Assembly (NCBI GenBank): GCA_964016885.1
Contig: OZ024740.1
Location: 214,520,001-214,584,000 of the forward strand
Reading direction: 5' to 3'
DNA from: Eledone cirrhosa
Lineage: Eukaryota
Length of the DNA: 64,000 nt
In this document: positions 17,001 through 32,746 of the stretch, piece by piece
Position numbering within the stretch: the stretch's first letter is position 1
How the letters are laid out: each line of letters opens with the position of its first letter
Position numbers and translations under genes: made by a program
The notes under the pieces: model-generated
Databases searched by the model: none
The model's input: only the letters and a program-made list of their open reading frames with translations
What the model was told of the DNA's origin: nothing

Positions 17001-18913
17001 TAATAATAATAATAATAATAAGAAGAAGAATCTTTCTATTGACTTGAATGGATACATAAATGGAGACATCTGATTAGAAAATCTGAGGTTGGCTGACATT
17101 ACCTCACATATAGTCATATAATTTCTCCTTGTTGTTACAATCTAAATATGACTTCACTCGTTTTGAGTTTTCTCTTTATTTATTTCTTCTTTATCCTGCA
17201 CTCATTGTCTGATATCATACTCAGAATCAATGAAAATATTCTCTCAGTTATCTGCAGAAAGTCGTTTCATTTAACTTATCTTTTTTAAATATTGCTTTTT
17301 GTAAAAAAAAGATTTATAAGTTTTTGTTATATTCAAATGTTATTTTCATTTGTTGGCACCGAATTATAGCTAAAGCAGATGATGTTAATAGTAAGATCAA
17401 TCAATTTTTTGCTAGTAAAAGAAAATAGATTGTTTTATGGGTGTCAAAGTTTTACAAAGATCAGCACAATATTCCCCTCTAAGCTGTGCGCATGTGCAGG
17501 TATTTGTGATTTGCAACCAGACTGTAAATGAATTCTTTTAAGCAAAAAAAATATATATATATATATATATCCCGGAAACAAGACAAAAAGAAAAATTACC
17601 AATACAAGTTCACAGTAAATGCTTGATTGATAAACCAGAATATAACTTCAAAACAATAAGATACTTCATACAATACACAAGCACTCGTTTTTTATGAATA
17701 CCAATGAGATAAACGTAACTGAGATATGCATCAGAACATTTCTTAATAGTTTCAGATTTACATTAAAAATTCATTGCATATGTAGTTATTGCACTTTACA
17801 ACATTCTGTGCACACAAGCAATTAAATATTAGTGCTAAAATTGCTTCAGATCAACTCTTCTGTTCTGTAACCAGCAACAGAATATCACATATAAGAACAT
17901 TATGTATTAAAAAAATTGCCGTTTATATTTTCCTTCACTATTGTTGCTCTGCCAAATTCAAAGAATTTTATCTAAAAGCGAGAACGTTGCAATAACAGTA
18001 AAATGTTATGACATGTCAAACTTTATGAAAGGAGTTGAGTTATTGCAGTAATAATTTACATTTTTCAGACTATTAACTCATTCTTCTTTTGTATTTTTCT
18101 ATTTAACATTATGTTCTGGTCTTAACTATTATGCGAAGTTCAACAAAACGCTCTTAAGCTGTATGCCGTATTAGAATTCAAACACAACTAGAATTCAAAC
18201 ACAACTAAAGAAAACGTATATTAGCAACAATAGAGAAAGAGGATTCAATTAAACAATGTTCTCCAATAATTAGACTAATTTGTGTTATGTTTCAGTCAAT
18301 GAACTTCAGCAAAATTGAAGCAACGTTTCCAAGGTTTCCGTCGATAATATCGATCAGAGTAGTTTGATGTTTATTTTATCAATCCTGTTACAAACAAAAG
18401 GTAGATAGTATTCGGCGTAATAGGAAATATATCGATTTATCCTAAATACCGCCAGGTACTTTTGTTCGAGGGACACATTTTATTTCTCCCACATAGATAC
18501 AAGTATAGACATGTATGAATGTATGTTTCTTTTTACCTTTTAATTAATTAAATTCTACTAATGAAACAAAACTTTATTGTTAGAATTTGGATAACAAAAA
18601 CATTGAGTGTCAAATATTGAACTTTAGAAAAGTCTTGCATATTTTTACTGTTCCACCTACAGATTATATTTGAATGAACGTGTTAGCTGATGAATGTTTA
18701 AGCCAGAAAACCTTAACTATTCCAGATTGTCACTTAGATGTTGATTAACATGGCCACATGAACAGATAATTATCGCTATAATTCTGAATGTCTCAGAGAA
18801 GTATCACTGCATAGATTTTACTGACAAAACAAACCAGCAGGAGACACAGGGGGTAAACTCCGAGTAAGAAGGTTGGATAATATTTATGAGCTCGATGATG
18901 AGACAGAATTGTC

Positions 18914-19125
18914 AGAACGTCTGATATAATACATTCTGTTATTCCTTCGTCTCTGTTCTGAGAACGTCTGATATAATACATTCTGTTATTCCTTCGTCTC
19001 TGTTCTGAGAACGTCTGATATAATACATTCTGTTATTCCTTCGTCTCTGTTCTGAGAACGTCTGATATAATACATTCTGTTATTCCTTCGTCTCTGTTCT
19101 GAGAACGTCTGATATAATACATTCT
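18914..19125. repeat. 47-bp minisatellite, about 4.5 copies
   Basis: AGAACGTCTGATATAATACATTCTG... recurs at 18914, 18961, 19008, 19055, 19102. Confidence 0.95.
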
Positions 19126-19369
19126 TTGTCTTACATTCTTTAGAGGATGATATATAAAATCTAGTATTAAGATCGATTCTTCTTCTTCTTCTTCTTCTTC
19201 TTCTTCTTCTTCTTCTTCTTCTTCTTCTTCTTCTTCTTCTTCTTCTTCTTCTTCTTCTTCTTCTTCTTCTTCTTCTTCTTCTTCTTCTTCTTCTTCTTCT
19301 TCTTTAAGATTTAAAAGAGTCGAAGTCAGTGTTTCAGCAGCATATGTACAAACTTTATTTGCATATTAC

Positions 19370-20377
19370 AGTTGTTCATGAACAGGATTGACATGCGCAG
19401 CCGGGTAGGAAGTGGTATCATGACAAGCGGATGTAAAATCAGTCGACTGGAATTTGCAGACGACATGGTGTTACTTAACTCGACAGAAGATGACCTTCGA
19501 AATGCACTTGATAGATTTGATGCCGAGTGTTGCATGACTGGAATGAAAATCAGTGCTGCGAAAACTGACACACTCGTCCTCTCAAGGAAGCCTGCGCAGT
19601 GCACACTACATGTGAATGAGGTTCCACTGAAGCTGGTAGAGAAGTTCAAGTATCTCGGGGCCGTGTTCGCGAGTGGTGGAAGGCAGGAGGCTGAATTAAG
19701 TGCAAGAGTAGCAAAAGCTGGTGCAATAATGTTCCAGCTTCAGCATTCGGTAACCAGAAGAAGGGAGGTAGGTGTAAAAGCTATCTTTAATTTGGTTTTC
19801 GTGCCAAACCTTTCCTATGGCCATGAATCTTGGATAATGACCGAAATAATACGATCGCGAATACAAGCGGCCGAAATGGGATTCCTCTGAAGGGTCTTTG
19901 AGGTAGCTCGAAAATAAGAGAGTCACTCCAAGTAGGGCCACTACTTCTCCGAATTGAGGGATTACAGCTTCGATACTGTGGGCATGTGGTTAGAATGTCC
20001 CAGGAAAGAATCGTTGGGCAGATTTTAAAGGCAAAACCACCTGGCAAGAGACCCAGAGGTAGACCTCGAGCTTGGTTGGTTACACTTGGGGATCCAGGTA
20101 GATCAGTTGGAGACAGTTGTTTCTGACAGGGTCCGCTGGAGGGAGTGTTTGAGGACTCTGTCCCCACGACCCTCTCAGGAATAAGTGGGTGAAGGAAGAA
20201 GAAGAAGAAGAAGAAGAAGAAGAAGAAGAAGAAGAAGAAGAAGAAGAAGAAGAAGAAGAAGAAGAAGAAGAAGAAGAAGAAGAAGAAGAAGAAGAAGAAG
20301 AAGAAGAAGAAGAAGAAGAAGAAGAAGAAGAAGAAGAAGAAGAAGAAGAAGAAGAAGAAGAAGAAGAAGAAGAAGAA
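19370..20377 (+). mobile_element. 5'-truncated RTE-clade LINE with (GAA)n tail
   Basis: FADD, KFKYLG, LSYGHESW, RIQAAEMGFL, KRPRGRPR; (GAA)n 20195-20377; (TTC)n upstream 19177-19303. Confidence 0.85.
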
Positions 20378-20418
<41 letters not shown>

Positions 20419-20844
20419 CAGATTAACGTTTAAGCAAAGATTCACTTATATATATATATGTTTAGAGAGCGAGAAAGAAGGATGAGAATTTGAAAGAGAG
20501 AAAGAGACGGTAGGGTGATGGTAAGAGGATGGGAGAGCTGCAAGTAGCAAGCATTGTGTAATATAATCAACCCCAAGATCTCTAAGCTGCAGCTTTACAG
20601 TTATGAAAGGCATCAAAACCTCCTTAGGACAGAAACTCTCTTATATATGTTAGAAGTGAAAGATAACTTAATCTTTCCTGGTAAAACTCATTTGCTCACT
20701 TGATCGCTGCAACAACTCTTCTTTCAATGTGTTACTTATTATTATTATTAAACTGTACCTATGTTGTCATTGAGCTTGGGTAACGCACACAGTTTAGTCG
20801 GCCTGCACCGATCAAAGAGAAGGAAAGAAACAAAGAATGGAGGA

Positions 20845-20895
<51 letters not shown>

Positions 20896-21119
20896 GAGGA
20901 AACAAAGAGAGAAAGGGTGAAAGAAAGAGCGAAGTAGGTAGAACAATAGAGTTGAATGCAATAAGAGTAGCTCTCCATGTCAGAAGAAAGATGGCCGACT
21001 TTCTTCATTTAGACTATTGCAAGTAGATCCCTTCTCACATTACAAAACATATTAGAAGATGAATGAGAGGGATGAAAAGGTTGTGGAGAAGGGTGGTGGG
21101 TGGAGGAAGATGAGGAGGC

Positions 21120-22432
<1,313 letters not shown>

Positions 22433-22665
22433 ACATTCATATTGAATAAGAAATCTGCAGTTATTTCTATTGTTGGGAGTACATCAGTCCTACCAGTTTG
22501 ACGACAAACAAGGTAGGTGTCGTGTTGCTAGAAGGAAATATATAGGAAATGAGGTAAAGACAACGTGAGGAATATGACCTAACATTCTTTAAGCAATTCA
22601 TGCTGTGAGGTGATATCAATCCTGTAAAATAACAAACTATATAAGTTTGTTATTTATAAGATCCA

Positions 22666-23089
22666 TACGAGTGTCGGCTAAAAAGTTCATTGGCTGAAAA
22701 GGTCATAGGCTGATAAAGATACTCTCATGGAATGACCAAATGAGATTTATTTATCGAGGTCGATAAAAAAGTACCAGTCTACTACTGGGATCGATTCTTC
22801 CTCTTTATCTCTTTCTCATTTCCTCTCTATCATTATCTCTCACCTTCTCTGGAAGAAATCGTCTCTGATCAAACCTGGAGAGGAAATGGGTTCTGACATG
22901 TTTAAAATGCCCAAGATATGCCATATGCCACTCTAGCTCTTCTATGACTCCATCTGGAGATATGGATACATACATATGAGGGCCGGCTGAAATGTTCATA
23001 GACAGACCAAGATACTCTCCTGGAATGACCAAATGAGGTTTATTCTTCAACATAGGCCTTGGAAAGAAATAATGTAGTCGACCCTCGTA
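22666..23089. mobile_element. Mariner-type non-autonomous element
   Basis: TA-CGAGTGTCGGCTAAAAAGTTCAT ... GTCGACCCTCG-TA termini; family also at 24832-25008, 28561-29162, 46289-46470. Confidence 0.7.
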
Positions 23090-23109
23090 TATATATGTAT
23101 ACACACACA

Positions 23110-23737
<628 letters not shown>

Positions 23738-24075
23738 TTCTGCTTTTGGTACAAAGCCATTACTGGTACTTTATTTTATGAAAGGCAAAGTTAACCTCGG
23801 CGGGATTTGAACTCAGTCCATACAGGGACGTAACTCCATGCTGGAAAGCATGGCGTCCGACTCTCTACCGATATTGCCAATCCACGACCAAAAGTTCATA
23901 TATATATATATATTTATCAAGCGTCTAAATTTAACGGCTCTTTTGTGTTTTAACGTATCCTCATTAACATATATCCCTGGGATTTGAATTTTTCAATCAC
24001 TACCTTTAGTGGGCTTATACCATTAAGATCACATCAAGGTATGTCACTATCTTAACACCAAATATTATATTTTAT

Positions 24076-24118
24076 CTGACGAAAGCGTACTAAAATGTTA
24101 GTACCTTTGAAATACGTA
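24076..24118 (+). ncRNA. Hammerhead-like motif in a PLE pseudo-LTR fragment
   Basis: CTGACGA - stem II (GTACTAA/TTAGTAC) - GAAA TAC GTA; stem I weak. Confidence 0.55.
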
Positions 24119-25334
24119 TAATAACATAAATATAGTTTTGTAAATATATTTTCCATTTATTAATATTGTTTATATATATATATATATATACAAGTGGAAG
24201 CTTAGTAAAATCGAAGCTTTGGCTGTGGGCAAGCAAAGTCGACCTACAATATGAATGAGTTAGCAAAGCACTCAATAGAGTAATAACATACGTTTAAATA
24301 GCTTGACAAGTTGAACATTGTGGTAGGCAAAACCAAACACAATACAAAAGTAACGAAAAAACTAACAGGTTAAAAAGATACACCTGGACAAATCAAACGA
24401 TAAACGTTTAAAGTGTTTCTGTGAATCCGAAATCAAATATCCGACTTACGTAACAGGCACGCTCGTGGTATTCCACGATCGAACAGAGGATTCATTTCAT
24501 CAACAGGGATTCCGTTCTGCCAAAAAACCGGAGTGGACGAGCTAAATGCTGCTGCTATAAGCGAGCCACCATACATTTGGTTTGTCACGTGTTATTTCCA
24601 TCAAGGGAAGCAACCCCCGGTTTTTGGCGGGTAGATTCAAAGTGTTAACCAAAGGAAATATTCTAATTTCCGCTAACATTCAGAATATAAGCTCTCAACC
24701 AGATGTTATTAAACAAACACAAATAATTAACCAATCAACAGAATTGTCTAATTAAATTAATCAGTTAATTATTAAATCTAGGAGAAAATGATACAAGTGG
24801 AAGCTTATATATATGAACTTTTCAGCCAACTCTCGGCTGAAAAGTTCATAGGCTGACCAAGATACTTTCATGGAATGACCAACATAGTCCCTGGAAAGAT
24901 AGAAAGAAACAATGCAGTTATTGATAAGAAGAGTTAAAATTAATACATGCAAGATTTCACAGCGCTAGCATCACTCCTTCATAGTCAGCCTATGAACTTT
25001 TCAGCGTAATATACTGACTTGAAGAATGAATGCAGCATGTCTGAATGGTTAAGAAGTTATCTCCCCAATCCTTAGGTTCCCGGTTCAATCCCTCTGCTTG
25101 CCCTCTGGGGCAAGTGTCATTTATCATGACTACTGAGTGAAACTAGGTAGACGGAAACCTTTTGGAAGCCCGTTTAATGGGATGTATTTGTAGTTCAAAT
25201 AGCCAGTCTGTCATATACGGTGTCGCAATGAATCTTCCTGAGAATTTCACGTTAATTTCATCAGCAGGGTGTTTTTCTCTACGAACTGCATTGATATTCT
25301 CAGTTAATCGAAGTATTTCGTTAAAATTTAGATA

Positions 25335-26720
25335 CAATCTTGCCGAGGTTATCTTTGCCTTTCAACAATGAGAGGTCGTTAAAGTACCTACCGAGGGCGG
25401 GGAATTGGCGACATTGTTAGAGTATTCGACTAAATTCTTTACGCTGTTTGTTCCGGCACTTTACATTCTGAGTGTTCAAACATGTGTAGTAAATGTATTT
25501 TCACATAGCCAACAGGATGGTGTTTCATGGACGAAAGCAACAACAGCAACAACAAAATAAAACAAAGATTACCAGGTAACTAATTTTGTCATTACCTTCA
25601 TTTTGCGTTGTTTAGCCGTATATCAATTTCCACATTATATAAAAAAAAGAAAGAAAACCAAGAAGCAGGCAACGGGAAAACCACCTTTGATTTCTCGTAT
25701 GACAATTCTATAACAAAAACACAGCACTTCTTGTTCGTCGATCTGATAACATAAGGAAAGATATAGGATACACTATGTCTTCATAAAATACTGGATAGTC
25801 ATGGCTGGAGCGTCTTCCATCATAGCTATTCTCGATCATGGCTGACGTAGGACTAAACAACGATATCACATGGAATGTGATTGAAAAAAATCTATGAAAG
25901 CAGAAGCACATTGAAATGAAAATAATGAAATTGTAAACAAGAAAAGACCTCAGCACCGACAGTAATTGCACATCGAATATGGATAGAAATATAACAAAAA
26001 CACGGAAAAGATGATAAAAAAATATTTAAAAACTCTGCACAAATTTCATGAAAGAATACTGCCAAAGGTCGTTCAATAATTGACATAATAAATGATCATA
26101 CACACTCATCAGCTACAATAGCTTCTTAACAATCAAATAACACAGACTATTAGAAAACAACATGAATCAATAGCAAAGATGGTTCTTCCGTCAATTTCGA
26201 CGATGAGTATTCAGTTTTTCAATCAAGTGAATGTTAAATAACACGTCAGCGGTTGGATATACTACAGACACGTCTACTCTTAACATCTCAACTCTTATGA
26301 GATCAGTATTGAGAGGAGATAGGCCCCACCAAGTTTTAAAATGCCCTAGAAACAACGTATGTAAATACGGCACCCTAACGACTCCCTCGGGTGTTACGAG
26401 TCCATGCATGACACAATATAGTATGTAACAAGGTTGAACCCTTTGAGCACAGATACAATCCACCCGATAGGTTTCTACATAGCTTTTGAGTTAATCCTGC
26501 TTACGGTTATTTTATTTATGAGACACCATCCTGTTGGCAATGTGTAGGTAAATTTGCTACACATGTTTCAACACTCAGAACGTAAAAAGCCGGAACAAAT
26601 ACCATTAAGAAGTTTGTCCAATACACTAACAATTTCGCCTATTCCCCACCCTGGGTTGGTATTTTATTTTATCGACCTCTGATTGTTGAAAGGCAAAGTT
26701 AACCTCGGCAAGATTTTAAC
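25335..26720. repeat. About 190-bp diverged inverted repeats (25335-25530 / 26518-26720) around about 1 kb
   Basis: Arms share the same SINE-to-TGTT(C/G)AAACATGTGTAG...GCCAACAGGATGGTGT junction in opposite orientation. Confidence 0.7.
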
Positions 26721-27039
26721 TCAGAAAGTAAGGAATCGGGAAAATAAAACTAGATATTAAATTATCTGTCTATTGACGTTCAATATTTATTTTACTTTGG
26801 TAATAAACTTGTGAAAGAGCTCTGATGGCCGATCTTGTGGGATAACTCTATGTAGTGGTGGTCAACAATTGGTATTCTGACTCTGGCACTACGTTAGTAG
26901 CTAGGATACTATATTTGAATAGTCCGGCCCACTAGTCATAAAAAGGTACAAGGTAGGAATGAGGTCCTGCTCTAGTAGTGGCGGTACTGTTAAATCGCAA
27001 AATAATAGTGACATCTTAAGTGACATCTTAAAACATAAT

Positions 27040-28165
27040 TGTTTCTACTTTAGGCACAAGGCCAGCAATTACCCAGTGCATTACTGGTACTTTATTTTAT
27101 CGACCCCGTAAAGATGAAAGGCAAAGTCATGAGAAAATCATTGCTACACCGATGTAAATTATTTTTCACCCCTTGTCCTTGTTTAAATAATTGATTCTAA
27201 TTTTGGCACAAGGCCAGCAATTATCCCAGTGTATTACTGGTACTTCATTTTATCGACCCCGTAAGGATGAAAGGCAAAGTTAGGTGGGATTTGAACTGAG
27301 ACCGTAAGGGACCATAACTCTATGCTGCCAAGAATGGCGTCCGACCCTCTACCGATACTGCCATTAAATAATGGTTTCTACTATAGGCAGAATGCCAACA
27401 TATGGGGGAGGGGTAAGTCGTTTAAATTTACCCCAGTGTGTTACTGGTATTGTTTTATTGACCACGTAAGGATGAAAGGTAAAGCTAACCATGGAGGGAT
27501 TTGCACTCAAAATGTAAAGGTCCGTAACTCTATGCCGCAAAGCATGGTGTCCGAGACTCTACTGTTACTGTCACCCTTGTCCCAGTTTAAATAATGGTTC
27601 CTGATTTATCAATTTCGGGAGGAAGGGAAAGTCAATTAAATTGACTCCAGTGCATTACTGGTACTTTATTTTATCGACCCCCGTAAGGATGAAAGTCAAA
27701 GCTAACCTCGGTGGGATTTGAACTCAGATCGTCTATGCCGCAAAGTATGTTGTCCGATGCTCTACCGATACTGCCAATCCACCACCTTTGTCCCTGTTTA
27801 TTTCTGAGTATTATTGTCGAACGTTCTAAATATCTCTCAATATTTTATCATCAGTGGTTCAAATCCCGCCGAGGTTAACTTTGCCTTTCATCCTTACAGG
27901 GTCGATAAAATAAAGTACCAGTAATGTACTGGGTAATTGCTGGTCTTGCGCCAAAAAGCAGAAACAATGTTTTATCATCGGTGGATTGGCCGTATCGGTA
28001 GAGGGTCGGACATCATTCTTTGACGCATAGAGTTACGGCCCTTGCCATTCTGAGTTCAAATCTCGCCGAGGTTAACTTTGCCTTTCATCCTTACGCGGGT
28101 CGATAAAATAAAATACCAGTAATGCACTGGTTAATTGCTGGCCTTGTGCCAAAAGTAGAAACAAA
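27040..28165. mobile_element. Cluster of tRNA-derived (Nin-domain-like) SINE copies in both orientations
   Basis: Repeated TTTGCCTTTCATCCTTACGGGGTCGATAAAATAAAGTACCAG core; about 6 copies; more at 23740-23890, 30040-30835, 44500-44680, 45940-46080, 61560-61720. Confidence 0.88.
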
Positions 28166-28560
28166 TATTTTATCATCATCATCATCATTATCATAATTAT
28201 CCACTACCTCTCTCTTACATGATACATTACATTTATGTTTTCAACATGAATTATGTTCGTTTCTTATTTCAAAGATAACCCTCACTGAAAGTGTGCTGTT
28301 ATCTGGTAGATTAGTTATTGGTGTTTAAGTCAGTAAATATTTTGGGTAATATGAATAAGAGATTCAAAATATTATTGAAAAACGTGGCAAGTTACGGCGT
28401 TATTCTTTTTTCCTAAGTGATAAAAGTAGAAAATAAAATGAAATGTCTTCAGACGATTATTGAAAAGTGTAGCACCAGTAATAACAATAAGTGGATAAAT
28501 TACATAGTCTAGATTTAGCAACGGTAGTAGTTGAAACACTGGTAGAGTGGTCTCACTAAT

Positions 28561-29162
28561 TACGAGGGTCAGCTGAAAAGTTCGTTGACTGACTATGGAG
28601 GAATGATGCTAGCGCTGTGAAATCTTGTATGCATTAATTTCAATTCTTCTTATTTATAACTTCTTTGTTTCTTTCCAGGAATTATGTTGAAAAACAAACC
28701 TCATTTGGTCATTCTATAAGAGTATCTTGGTCAGCCTATGAAGGAATGATGCTAGAGCTGTAAAATCTAGCATGTATTAATTTCAACTCCAGGAACTATG
28801 TTGAAAAATGAATCTCATTTGGTCATTCTATGAGAGTATCATAGTCAGTCTATGAAGGAATGATGCTAGATCTGTTAAATCTTTGCATGCATTAATTTCA
28901 ACTCTTACTATTAATAACTACATTGACTCTTTCCGGGTTTTATGTACAAAAGAAAACCCTATTTGGTCATTCCATGAGAGTATCTTGGTCGGCATATGAA
29001 TGATTGATGTTAGAGCTGTGAAATCTAGCATGTATTAATTTCAACTCTTCTTATTAATAATTGTATTGTTTCTTTCCAGGGATTATGCTGAAAAATAAAC
29101 CTCATTTGGTCATTCCATGAGAGTATCTTGGTCAGCCTATGAACTACTTAGCCGTCCCCGTA
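28561..29162 (+). mobile_element. Mariner-type MITE with four internal 110-150-bp tandem repeats
   Basis: TACGAGGGTCAGCTGAAAAGTTC start, degenerate TIR at end; GATGCTAG-GCTGTGAAATC repeated. Confidence 0.75.
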
Positions 29163-29573
29163 CATCTAATACTTATACCAGTTTAAGTAAATAGAGCAGT
29201 GACAATTTTCTAGACAAATGTCTTCTCCATCATAAAGACTTCTTCATTCTGATTTTTGTAGTCTGTAAATAAATTTATTTTTATCTATAACCAATTGCTG
29301 TTACAGGTAAAATAAATTGCTGCACATTATTGATACTTTTATTGTTTTGTCCGCGACAACTAATCATTGCTGGTTGTAATTTCTTATTCATTATTTTGCT
29401 ATTCTAAACTAATATTTCTTTACTCAATCATTTCAATGCTGATTGTCACGATTTTCTTTAAATGAGATTTCAGTTTAAAATGTAATCTTAACTTTGAGAA
29501 ATATGCATCTAGAAACTTGTATGTTATCTAGTTCATCATTTTATTAAAGTCTCTCTCTCTATATATATATGCT

Positions 29574-29938
29574 TATTAAGAGATTGGGACTTTCTACGTC
29601 TGTTAGATGGAGGTAGAGTAACTTATATTTTATTAAACTTTCTATGCTATAAGAAATATATGTTCATTAAGAGATTGGGACTTTCTACGTCTGTTAGATG
29701 TAGGTAGAGTAACCTATATTTTATTAAACTCTCTATGCTATAAGAAATATATGTTCATTAAGAGATTGGGACTTTCTACGTCTGTTAGATGTAGGTAGAG
29801 TAACCTATATTTTATTAAACTCTCTATGCTATAAGAAATATATGTTCATTAAGAGATTGGGAATTTCTATGGCTGTTAGATGTAGGTAGAGTAACCTATA
29901 TTTTATTAAAATCTATATATTTATTCATTAAGAGATTC
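29574..29938. repeat. 91-bp tandem repeat, about 4 copies
   Basis: ATTAAGAGATTGGGA at 29575, 29666, 29757, 29848. Confidence 0.95.
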
Positions 29939-29960
29939 GACTCCACCATGAGTTACGGGT

Positions 29961-30006
<46 letters not shown>

Positions 30007-31405
30007 GTATATTTTTAATATTATCAATAATTGTTTCTGCATTTGGCACAAAGCCAGACATTTGAAGGAGGGGGAGGGTCGATCCCAGTGTGTTACGGGT
30101 ACTTTATTTTATCGATCCCATAAGGATGAAAGGTAAGGCTAACTTCAGTGGGATTTGAAGTCATACTGTAAAGGGCTGTAACTCTATGCTGCAAAGCATG
30201 ATGTCAGACGCTCAACCAACTGCTAATCTACCGCCATTAAAATTATCAATGAAGTAAACTTTGTCTTTCATCCTTACGGGATCGATAAAATAAAGTACCA
30301 GTAATGCACTGGGATAATTGCTGGCCTTATGCCAAAAGAAGAAATAATTAAAATTATCAATAATAGAAACACTGAAATAATTTCGATACTGCAAGATGTT
30401 ATACAGAAATAGTATTTCAACGTGAATTATTTTGTAGTTTTTATCAGGTGAAATTATACAGGTGGACCAAAGGTCAATACATAAGATAAATAATTACATT
30501 TTTAGGTTTCCACGCAGAGCATGTTACATGAATAAATTGTTTCCTATAAAAACATCTTTATTTTTAGGTTAACTTTGCCTTTCATCCTTATGGGGTCGAT
30601 AAAATAAAGTACCAGTAATGCACTGGGTAATTGCTGGCCTTGTGCCAAAAGTAGAAACAATTATTTTTCCTAAGGACAGTGGATTGGCAGTATCGGTAGA
30701 GGGTCGGACGTCATGCTTTGACTCATAGAGTTACGGTCCTTTCCATTGAGTTCACATTCCGCCGAGGTCAAATTTGCCTTTCATCCTTACGGGGTCGATA
30801 AAATAAAGTACCAGTAATGTACTGGGTAATTGTTCCACCCTGTATAGTGTTTAGTCTGTGTAGTTTGAAGAGCTTTAACATTGAATTTAGACGTAAGTTT
30901 TGCATCGCAAAATATTCACACATAATATTCGCATTGGTTTCGTCACTTGTCCTGCGTGTTTATGCCTCAAACTATATTCATATCAGCCATTGTGAGATTT
31001 TAGAATATTTAATTTATTTTTTACGTACTCCTTTTTACATTTTTATTTTGTTTTCCGAGTATACATATATTTTTAACATCCATTCATGATCCACGAAATA
31101 TCAAAACATATATCTTGTTAATCTGTTCTGCTACATTATCAACTTTATCCATTTTAATATCTTTATCACATACCTTAAAGGTATTGAAGAGACGTGTCAT
31201 TTGCAGAATATTTTACATTTCTTACATCTTATTTCACATTACCGGTTAAGTAAGGATAAATGGGGAAGTCCCTCCTATTTCATGTAGACTGAGGTTTTTC
31301 TAATTTCCTATAACGTTTTCACATACGCAAGTACACACACACACACACATATATATATGAAGCGCATGTAACAGGTCGATACACAATAACTTTCTCGTTT
31401 TTTTC

Positions 31406-31468
<63 letters not shown>

Positions 31469-31744
31469 TCTCTCTCTCTCTCTATCTCTCTCTATATATA
31501 TAAGTAAACGAAGTATCGTATAAGATAATCCAAGTAGAGGTTATGATTCATATTGAAGCAGCTGGAGAATCTAATAATTATTTTATTTTACATAAAAAAA
31601 ACAACATATATGACAAAAGAAGAACATTACAAGTAATTCCATAGTTACGAACGTACACTATACAATTGCTGATTTACCAAGAACCCCCCCCCCCTCCCTT
31701 GCGATTATTGTCAACCCTCCTATTATTTGGGACCCGAGGGTGCG

Positions 31745-32548
31745 CCGAACTCTCCCTTCTCTATGTCTGTCACAAAATACTTTCTTTTAACCCCCCCTCT
31801 CTGTATCTACTAAAACCAAACTCTACCCCTCTCTATATCTACTACGACACCACTTCTCATATCCCAGTCTCTATATCTAAAACTAATACACTCTCTCACT
31901 CTCTATAAATATCTATACTTATCTCTCCCAATCCCCCTCTGTATATTAATCACCCCTAAACTCTCACCCTCTCTATATCTACTACACGGCGCTCTCCCAT
32001 TATTACTCTCTGTAAGGGCGGTGGATTGGCAGTATCGGTAGAGGGTCGGATGCCATGCTTTGCAGCAAAGAGTGACGGCCCTTTATGATCTGAGTTCAAA
32101 TCCCGCTGAGGTTAACTTTGCCTTTCATCCTTACGGGGTCGATAACATAAAGTACCAGTAATGCACTGGTTAATTGCTGGCCTTGTGCCAAAAGTAGAAA
32201 CAATTATTACTCTCTGTATATTTACAACCACATAATTTCCCCCCTCTCTATATCTACTACTCGGAACTCTCTTCCAATCCCCCTCTCTATATCAATAAAC
32301 ATCAAGCTCTTCCCATTTCTATATCTAATTACCGCCAAAATATCCCCCTCTCTATATCTACAATATAACACACTCTCATTCTGTCTCACTCTATCTATCA
32401 CTACCGAACTCTCCCCCTCTCTATATCGAACTACACGGCCTATCTCTATCAATCCTCTCCCTCTATTCATACCACCAAACTCTCTCCCTCCCTACATCAA
32501 CTATACAACATACTTGCCCAATCCACCTCTCTATATCAATTACCACTT
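31745..32548. repeat. Degenerate ~31-bp CTCTCTATATC satellite, continues at 38260-38770
   Basis: Recurrent CCCTCTCTATATC(AAT/TAC) on both sides of Tx1 copy 2. Confidence 0.75.
32016..32208 (+). mobile_element. Full-length tRNA-derived SINE
   Basis: A-box TGGCAGTATCGG, B-box GAGTTCAAATCC, Nin-like core, ATT tail. Confidence 0.88.
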
Positions 32549-32746
32549 GATATAGACGTGAATTACTTCGCTCCGGATTTTTACGGATTATTGTCAAAAA
32601 AACTGTGAGTTCATTGATCAATTTAATAGCATTGTTTAGTTTAACCCCTTGCCTGGGCCGTCAGACGTTGAGTCAACTAATTTTCGCCCCTTTCTGGGGC
32701 GAAATTTTCATTTTCATCTCAAAACTGTGTAGACTTGGTATCAACA

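Noticed and set aside
18914-19125. CRISPR-like appearance of the 47-, 91- and 42-bp repeats
   Set aside because: Contiguous tandem units without unique spacers; no cas genes; eukaryotic context
32016-32110. tRNA gene
   Set aside because: A/B boxes belong to a SINE head; no cloverleaf
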